From Eledone cirrhosa (Eukaryota): a stretch of DNA of 64,000 nucleotides. Shown here one piece after another: positions 52,301-62,200 of the stretch. How positions within the stretch are numbered: position 1 is the first letter of the stretch; every line of letters starts with the position of its first letter. The notes under the pieces were generated by a model, which saw only the letters and a list, made by a program, of their open reading frames with translations, had not been told where the DNA came from and ran no database searches. The stretch spans positions 1 to 64,000 of the forward strand of contig CAXHJY010000096.1 of NCBI GenBank assembly GCA_964016885.1, written 5' to 3'. Made by a program: the position numbers and the translations under genes.

Positions 52301-55300
52301 TTAGGCGGAGATAATTTGTAAAAAAAATCAGGGGGAGATAATTTGTAAAAAAATCAGGGGGAGATAATTTGTAAAAAAAATCAGGGGGAGATAATTTGTA
52401 AAAAAAATCAGGGGGGAGATAATTTGTAAAAAAAAATCAGGGGTAGATAATTTGTAAAAAAAAATCAGGGGGAGATAATTTGTAAAAAAAATCAAGGGGA
52501 GATAATTTCCAGCCGTCGAAGGGAAGATAATTTCCAGCCCTCCAAGGGGCTATAATTTCCAGCGTCCAAGGGGAGATAATTTCCAGCCAGCGAAGGGGAG
52601 ATAATTTTTTTTAAAAAATCATTGGGAGATTTTGTAAAAAAAATCAAGGAGAGATAATTTCCAGCCGTCCAAGGGGAGGTAATATCTAGCCGTCCAAGGG
52701 GAGATAATTTCCAGCCGTCCAAGGGGAGATAATTTCCAGCCGTCCAAGGGTAGATAATATCCAGCCGTCCAAGGACATATTTTCCAGCCGTCCAAGGAGA
52801 GGTAATTTCTAGCCGTCCAAGGGGAGATAAATTCCAGCCTCCAAGGGGAGATAATTTCCAGCCAGCCAAGGGGAGATAATTTGTAAAAAAATCAGGGGGA
52901 GATAATTTGTAAAAAAAAATCAGGGGGAGATAATTTGTAAAAAAAAATCAGGGGGAGATAATTTGTAAAAAAAAATCAGGGGGAGATAATTTGTAAAAAA
53001 AATCAGGGGGAGATAATTTGTAAAAAAAATCAGGGGTAGATAATTTGTAAAAAAAAATCAGGGGGAGATAATTTGTAAAAAAAAATCAGGGGGAGATAAT
53101 TTGTAAAAGAAATCAAGGGGAGATAATTTCCAGCCGTCCAAGGAGAGATAATTTAAAAAAAAATCAGGCGGAGATAATTTGTAAAAAAAAATCAGGGGGA
53201 GATAATTTGTAAAAAAAAATCAGGGGGAGATAATTTGTAAAAAAAAATCAGGGGGAGATAATTTGTAAAAAATAATCAGGGGGAGATAATTTGTAAAAAA
53301 AATCAAGGGGAGATAATTTCCAGCCGTCCAAGGGGAGATAATTTTCAGCCGTCCAAGGGGAGATAATTTCCCGCCAGCCAAGGGAAGATAATATTTAAAA
53401 AAATTAGGCGGAGATAATTTGTAAAAAAAATCAGGGGGAGATAATTTGTAAAAAAATCAGGGGGAGATAATTTGTAAAAAAAATCAGGGGGAGATAATTT
53501 GTAAAAAAAATCAGGGGGGAGATAATTTGTAAAAAAAAATCAGGGGTAGATAATTTGTAAAAAAAAATCAGGGGGAGATAATTTGTAAAAAAAATCAAGG
53601 GGAGATAATTTCCAGCCGTCGAAGGGAAGATAATTTCCAGCCCTCCAAGGGGCTATAATTTCCAGCGTCCAAGGGGAGATAATTTCCAGCCAGCGAAGGG
53701 GAGATAATTTTTTTTAAAAAATCATTGGGAGATTTGTAAAAAAATCAGGGGGAGATAATTTGTAAAAAAAATCAAGGAGAGATAATTTCCAGCCGTCCAA
53801 GGGGAGGTAATATCTAGCCGTCCAAGGGGAGATAATTTCCAGCCGTCCAAGGGGAGATAATTTCCAGCCGTCCAAGGGTAGATAATATCCAGCCGTCCAA
53901 GGACATATTTTCCAGCCGTCCAAGGAGAGGTAATTTCTAGCCGTCCAAGGGGAGATAAATTCCAGCCTCCAAGGGGAGATAATTTCCAGCCAGCCAAGGG
54001 GAGATAATTTGTAAAAAAAAATCAGGGGGAGATAATTTGTAAAAAAAAATCAGGGGGAGATAATTTGTAAAAAAAAATCAGGGGGAGATAATTTGTAAAA
54101 AAAATCAGGGGGAGATAATTTGTAAAAAAAATCAGGGGTAGATGATTTGTAAAAAAAAATCAGGGGGAGATAATTTGTAAAAAAAAATCAGGGGGAGATA
54201 ATTTGTAAAAAAAATCAAGGGGAGATAATTTCCAGCCGTCCAAGGAGAGATAATTTAAAAAAAAATCAGGCGGAGATAATTTGTAAAAAAAAATCAGGGG
54301 GAGATAATTTGTAAAAAAAAATCAGGGGGAGATAATTTGTAAAAAAAATCAAGGGGAGATAATTTCCAGCCGTCCAAGGGGAGATAATTTTCAGCCGTCC
54401 AAGGGGAGATAATTTCCCGCCAGCCAAGGGAAGATAATATTTAAAAAAATCAGGCGGAGATAATTTATAAAAAAAATCAGGGGGAGATAATTTGTAAAAA
54501 AATCAGGGGGAGATAATTTGTAAAAAAAAAATCAGGGGGAGATAATTTGTAAAAAAAATCAGGGGGAGATAATTTGTAAAAAAAAATCAGGGGTAGATAA
54601 TTTGTAAAAAAAAATCAGGGGGAGATAATTTGTAAAAAAAATCAGGGGGAGATAATTTGTAAAAAAAAATCAGGGGTAGATAATTTGTAAAAAAAAATCA
54701 GGGGGAGATAATTTGTAAAAAAAATCAAGGGGAGATAATTTCCAGCCGTCCAAGGGAAGATAATTTCCAGCCCTCCAAGGGGCTATAATTTCCAGCGTCG
54801 AAGGGGAGATAATTTCCAGCCAGCGAAGGGGAGATAATTTTTTTTAAAATATCATTGGGAGATTTGTAAAAAAAATCAGGGGGAGATAATTTGTAAAAAA
54901 AATCAAGGGGAGATAATTTCCAGCCGTCCAAGGGGAGGTAATATCTAGCCGTCCAAGGGGAGATAATTTCCAGCCGTCCAAGGGGAGATAATTTCCAGCC
55001 GTCCAAGGGTAGATAATATCCAGCCGTCCAAGGACATATTTTCCAGCCGTCCAAGGAGAGGTAATTTCTAGCCGTCCAAGGGGAGATAAATTCCAGCCTC
55101 CAAGGGGAGATAATTTCCAGCCAGCCAAGGGGAGATAATTTGTAAAAAAATCAGGGGGAGATAATTTGTAAAAAAAATCAGGGGGAGATAATTTGTAAAA
55201 AAAAATCAGGGGGAGATAATTTGTAAAAAAAAATCAGGGGGAGATAATTTGTAAAAAAAAATCAGGGGGAGATAATTTGTAAAAAAAATCAAGGGGAGAT

Positions 55301-58300
55301 AATTTCCAGCCGTCCAAGGGGAGATAATTTTCAGCCGTCCAAGGGGAGATAATTTCCCGCCAGCCAAGGGAAGATAATATTTAAAAAAATCAGGCGGAGA
55401 TAATTTGTAAAAAAAATCAGGGGGAGATAATTTGTAAAAAATTCAGGGGGAGATAATTTGTAAAAAAAAAATCAGGGGGAGATAATTTGTAAAAAAAATC
55501 AGGGGGAGATAATTTGTAAAAAAAAATCAGGGGTAGATAATTTGTAAAAAACATCAGGGGGAGATAATTTGTAAAAAAAATGAAAGGGGAGATAATATCC
55601 AGCCGTCCAAGGGGAGATAATTTCCAGCCGTCCAAGGGGAGATAATTTCCAGCCGTCCAAGGGGAGATAATTTCCATCCTTCCAAGGGGATATAATTTCC
55701 AGCCGTCCAAGGGGAGATAATTTCCCGCCAGCCAAGGGAAGATAATTTTTTAAAAAATCAGGCGGAGATTGTAAAAAAAATCAGGGGGGAGATAATTTGT
55801 AAAAAAATCAGGGGGAGATAATTTGTAAAAAAAAATCAGGGGGAGATAATTTGTAAAAAATAATCAGGGGGAGATAATTTGTAAAAAAAAATCAAGGGGA
55901 GATAATTTCCAGCCGTCCAAGGGGAGATAATTTCCATCCTTCCAAGGGGATATAATTTCCAGCCGTCCAAGGGGAGATAATTTCCCGCCAGCCAAGGGAA
56001 GATGATTTTTAAAAAAATCAGGCGGAGATTGTAAAAAAAATCAGGGGGGGAGATAATTTGTAAAAAAATCAGGGGGAGATAATTTGTAAAAAAAAAATCA
56101 GGGGGAGATAATTTGTAAAAAAAAATCAGGGGGAGATAATTTGTAAAAAAAAATCAGGGGGAGATAATTTGTAAAAAAAATTAGGCGTAGATAATTTGTA
56201 AAAAAAAATCAGGGGGAGATAATTTGTAAAAAAAAATCAGGGGGAGATAATTTGTTTAAAAAATCAAGGGGAGATAATTTGCAGCCGTCCAAGGGGAGAT
56301 AATTTTCAGCCGTCCAAGGAGAGGTAATTTCTAGCCGTTCAAGGGGAGATAATTTCCAGCCGTCCAAGGGGAAATAATTTCCAGCCGTCCAAGGGGAGAT
56401 AATTTTTTTTTAAAAATCAGGCGGAGATAATTTGTAAAAAAAATCAGGGGGAGATAATTCGTAAAAAAAAATCAGGGGGAGATAATTTGTAAAAAAAAAT
56501 CAGGGGGAGATAATTTGTAAAAAAAATCAAGGGGAGATAATTTCCAGCCGTCCAAGGGGAGGTAATATCTAGCCGTCCAAGGGGAGATAATTTCCAGCCG
56601 TCCAAGGGGAGATAATTTTTTTTAAAAAATCAGGCGGAGATAATTTGTAAAAAAAATCAGGGGGAGATAATTTGTAAAAAAAAATCAGGGGGAGATAATT
56701 TGTAAAAAAAATTAGGCGTAGATAATTTGTAAAAAAAAATCAGGGGGAGATAATTTGTAAAAAAAAATCAGAGGGAGATAATTTGTTTAAAAAATCAAGG
56801 GGAGATAATTTGCAGCCGTCCAAGGGGAGATAATTTTCAGCCGTCCAAGGAGAGGTAATTTCTAGCCGTTCAAGGGGAGATAATTTCCAGCCGTCCAAGG
56901 GGAGATAATTTCCAGCCGTCCAAGGGGAGATAATTTTTTTTAAAAAATCAGGCGGAGATAATTTGTAAAAAAAAATCAGGGGGAGATAATTCGTAAAAAA
57001 AAATCAGGGGGAGATAATTTGTAAAAAAAATCAAGGAGAGATAATTTCCAGCCGTCCAAGGGGAGATAATTTCCAGCCGTCCAAGGAGACATATTTTCCA
57101 GCCGTCCAAGGCGAGGTAATTTCTAGCCGTCCAAGGGGAGATAAATTCCAGCCTCCAAGGGGAGATAATTTCCAGCCAGCCAAGTGGAGATAATTTGTAA
57201 AAAAATCAGGGGGAGATAATTTGTAAAAAATATCAGGGAGATAATTTGTAAAAAAAAATCAGGGGGAGATAATTTGTAAAAAAAATCAGGGGGAGATAAT
57301 TTGTAAAAAAAAATCAGGGGGAGATAATTTGTAAAAAAAATCAAGGGGTGATAATTTCCAGCCGTCCAAGGGGAGATAATTTTCAGCCGTCCAAGGGGAG
57401 ATAATTTCCCGCCAGCCAAGGGAAGATAATTTCTAAAAAAATCAGGCGGAGATTGTAAAAAAAATCAGGGGGGAGATAATTTGTAAAAAAATCAGGGGGA
57501 GATAATTTGTAAAAAATAATCAGAGGGAGATAATTTGTAAAAAAATTCAAGGGGAGATAATTTCCAGCCGTCCAAGGGAAGATAATTTCCCGCCAGCCAA
57601 GGGAAGATAATATTTAAAAAAATTAGGCGGAGATAATTTGTAAAAAAAATCAGGGGGAGATAATTTGTAAAAAAATCAGGGGGAGATAATTTGTAAAAAA
57701 AATCAGGGGGAGATAATTTGTAAAAAAAATTATGGGGAGATAATTTGTAAAAAAAAATCAGGGGTAGATAATTTGTAAAAAAAAATCAGGGGGAGATAAT
57801 TTGTAAAAAAAAATCAGGGGGAGATAATTTGTAAAAAAAATCAAGGGGAGATAATATCCAGCCGTCCAAGGAGAGATAATTTTTAAAAAAAATGAGGCGG
57901 AGATAATTTGTAAAAAAAAAATCAGGGGGAGTTAATTTGTAAAAAAAAATGAGGGGGAGATAATTTGTAAAAAAAATCAAGGGGAGATAATTTCCAGCCG
58001 TCCAAGGGGAGATAATTTTCAGCCGTCCAAGGAGAGGTAATTTCTAGCCGTCGAAGGGGAGATAATTTCCAGCCGTCCAAGGGGAGGTCATTTCCAGCCG
58101 TCCAAGGGGAGATAATTTTTAAAAAAAAATCAGGCGGAGATAATTTGTAAAAAAAATCAAGGGGAGATAATTTGCAGCCGTCCAAGGAGAGGTAATTTCT
58201 AGCCGTCCAAGGGGAGATAATTTCCAGCCGTCCAAGGGGAGATAATTTCCAGCCGTCCAAGGGGAGATAATTTTTTTTTAAAAATCAGGCGGAGATAATT

Positions 58301-59249
58301 TGTAAAAAAAATCAGGGGGAGATAATTTGTAAAAAAAAATCAGGGGGAGATAATTTGTAAAAAAAATTAGGCGTAGATAATTTGTAAAAAAAAATCAGGG
58401 GGAGATAATTTGTAAAAAAAAATCAGGGGGTGATAATTTGTTTAAAAAATCAAGGGGAGATAATTTGCAGCCGTCCAAGGGGAGATAATTTTCAGCCGTC
58501 CAAGGAGACGTAATTTCTAGCCGTTCAAGGGGAGATAATTTCCAGCCGTCCAAGGGGAGATAATTTCCAGCCGTCCAAGGGGAGATAATTTTTTTTAAAA
58601 AATCAGGCGGATTTAATTTGTAAAAAAAAATCAGGGGGAGATAATTCGTAAAAAAAAATCAGGGGGAGATAATTTGTAAAAAAAAATCAGGGGGAGATAA
58701 TTTGTAAAAAAAATCAAGGGGAGATAATTTCCAGCCGTCCAAGGGGAGGTAATATCTAGCCGTCCAAGGGGAGATAATTTCCAGCCGTCCAAGGGGAGAT
58801 AATTTCCAGCCGTCCAAGGGGAGATAATTTCCAGCCGTCCAAGGAGACATATTTTCCAGCCGTCCAAGGCGAGGTAATTTCTAGCCGTCCAAGGGGAGAT
58901 AAATTCCAGCCTCCAAGGGGAGATAATTTCCAGCCAGCCAAGTGGAGATAATTTGTAAAAAAATCAGGGGGAGATAATTTGTAAAAAATATGAGGGAGAT
59001 AATTTGTAAAAAAAAATCAGGGGGAGATAATTTGTAAAAAAAATCAAGGGGAGATAATTTCCAGCCGTCCAAGGGGAGATAATTTTCAGCCGTCCAAGGG
59101 GAGATAATTTCCCGCCAGCCAAGGGAAGATAATATTTAAAAAAATTAGGCGGAGATAATTTGTAAAAAAAATCAGGGGGAGATAATTTCCCGCCAGCCAA
59201 GGGAAGATAATATTTAAAAAAATCAGGCGGAGATAATTTGTAAAAAAAA

Positions 59250-62200
59250 TCAGGGGGAGATAATTTGTAAAAAAAATCAGGGGTAGATAATTTGTAAAAA
59301 AAAATCAGGGGGAGATAATTTGTAAAAAAAAATCAGGGGGAGATAATTTGTAAAAAAAATCAAGGGGAGATAATTTCCAGCCGTCCAAGGAGAGATAATT
59401 TAAAAAAAAATCAGGCGGAGATAATTTGTAAAAAAAAATCAGGGGGAGATAATTTGTAAAAAAAAATCAGGGGGAGATAATTTGTAAAAAAAATCAAGGG
59501 GAGATAATTTCCAGCCGTCCAAGGGGAGATAATTTTCAGCCGTCCAAGGGGAGATAATTTCCCGCCAGCCAAGGGAAGATAATATTTAAAAAAATCAGGC
59601 GGAGATAATTTATAAAAAAAATCAGGGGGAGATAATTTGTAAAAAAATCAGGGGGAGATAATTTGTAAAAAAAAAATCAGGGGGAGATAATTTGTAAAAT
59701 AAATCAGGGGGAGATAATTTGTAAAAAAAAATCAGGGGTAGATAATTTGTAAAAAAAAATCAGGGGGAGATAATTTGTAAAAAAAATCAGGGGGAGATAA
59801 TTTGTAAAAAAAAATCAGGGGTAGATAATTTGTAAAAAAAAATCAGGAGGAGATAATTTGTAAAAAAAATCAAGGGGAGATAATTTCCAGCCGTCCAAGG
59901 GAAGATAATTTCCAGCCCTCCAAGGGGCTATAATTTCCAGCGTCCAAGGGGAGATAATTTCCAGCCAGCGAAGGGGAGATAATTTTTTTTTAAATATCAT
60001 TGGGAGATTTGTAAAAAAAATCAGGGGGAGATAATTTGTAAAAAAAATCAAGGGGAGATAATTTCCAGCCGTCCAAGGGGAGGTAATATCTAGCCGTCCA
60101 AGGGGAGATAATTTCCAGCCGTCCAAGGGGAGATAATTTCCAGCCGTCCAAGGGTAGATAATATCCAGCCGTCCAAGGACATATTTTCCAGCCGTCCAAG
60201 GAGAGGTAATTTCTAGCCGTCCAAGGGGAGATAAATTCCAGCCTCCAAGGGGAGATAATTTCCAGCCAGCCAAGGGGAGATAATTTGTAAAAAAATCAGG
60301 GGGAGATAATTTGTAAAAAAAATCAGGGGGAGATAATTTGTAAAAAAAAATCAGGGGGAGATAATTTGTAAAAAAAAATCAGGGGGAGATAATTTGTAAA
60401 AAAAAATCAGGGGGAGATAATTTGTAAAAAAAATCAAGGGGAGATAATTTCCAGCCGTCCAAGGGGAGATAATTTTCAGCCGTCCAAGGGGAGATAATTT
60501 CCCGCCAGCCAAGGGAAGATAATATTTAAAAAAATCAGGCGGAGATAATTTGTAAAAAAAATCAGGGGGAGATAATTTGTAAAAAATTCAGGGGGAGATA
60601 ATTTGTAAAAAAAAAATCAGGGGGAGATAATTTGTAAAAAAAATCAGGGGGAGATAATTTGTAAAAAAAAATCAGGGGTAGATAATTTGTAAAAAAAATC
60701 AGGGGGAGATAATTTGTAAAAAAAATGAAAGGGGAGATAATATCCAGCCGTCCAAGGGGAGATAATTTCCAGCCGTCCAAGGGGAGATAATTTCCAGCCG
60801 TCCAAGGGGAGATAATTTCCATCCTTCCAAGGGGATATAATTTCCAGCCGTCCAAGGGGAGATAATTTCCCGCCAGCCAAGGGAAGATAATTTTTTAAAA
60901 AATCAGGCGGAGATTGTAAAAAAAATCAGGGGGGAGATAATTTGTAAAAAAATCAGGGGGAGATAATTTGTAAAAAAAAATCAGGGGGAGATAATTTGTA
61001 AAAAATAATCAGGGGGAGATAATTTGTAAAAAAAAATCAAGGGGAGATAATTTCCAGCCGTCCAAGGGGAGATAATTTCCATCCTTCCAAGGGGATATAA
61101 TTTCCAGCCGTCCAAGGGGAGATAATTTCCCGCCAGCCAAGGGAAGATAATATTTAAAAAAATTAGGCGGAGATAATTTGTAAAAAAATCAGGGGGAGAT
61201 AATTTGTAAAAAAAATCAGGGGGAGATAATTTGTAAAAAAATATCAGGGGTAGATAATTTGTAAAAAAAATCAGGGGGAGATTATTTGTAAAAAAAAATC
61301 AGGGGGAGATAATTTGTAAAAGAAATCAAGGGCAGATAATTTCCAGCCGTCCAAGGAGAGATAATTTAAAAAAAAAATCAGGCGGAGATAATTTGTAAAA
61401 AAAAATCAGGGGGAGATAATTTGTAAAAAAAAATCAGGGGGAGATAATTTGTAAAAAAAAATCAAGGGGAGATAATTTCCAGTCGTCCAAGGGGAGATAA
61501 TTTTCAGCCGTCCAAGGGGAGATAATTTCCCGCCAGCCAAGGGAAGATAATATTTAAAAAAATCAGGCGGAGATAATTTGGAAAAAAATCAGGGGGAGAT
61601 AATTTGTAAAAAAAAAATCAGGGGGAGATAATTTGTAAAAAAAATCAGGGGGAGATAATTTGTAAGAAAAAATCAGGGGTAGATAATTTGTAAAAAAAAA
61701 TCAGGGGGAGATAATTTGTAAAAAAAATTAAGGGGAGATAATTTCCAGCCGTCGAAGGGAAGATAATTTCCAGCCCTCCAAGGGGCTATAATTTCCAGCG
61801 TCCAAGGGGAGATAATTTCCAGCCAGCGAAGGGGAGATAATTTTTTTTAAAAAATCATTGGGAGATTTGTAAAAAAATCAGGGGGAGATAATTTGTAAAA
61901 AAAATCAAGGAGAGATAATTTCCAGCCGTCCAAGGGGAGGTAATATCTAGCCGTCCAAGGGGAGATAATTTCCAGCCGTCCAAGGGGAGATAATTTCCAG
62001 CCGTCCAAGGGTAGATAATATCCAGCCGTCCAAGGACATATTTTCCAGCCGTCCAAGGAGAGGTAATTTCTAGCCGTCCAAGGGGAGATAAATTCCAGCC
62101 TCCAAGGGGAGATAATTTCCAGCCAGCCAAGGGGAGATAATTTGTAAAAAAATCAGGGGGAGATAATTTGTAAAAAAAAATCAGGGGGAGATAATTTGTA

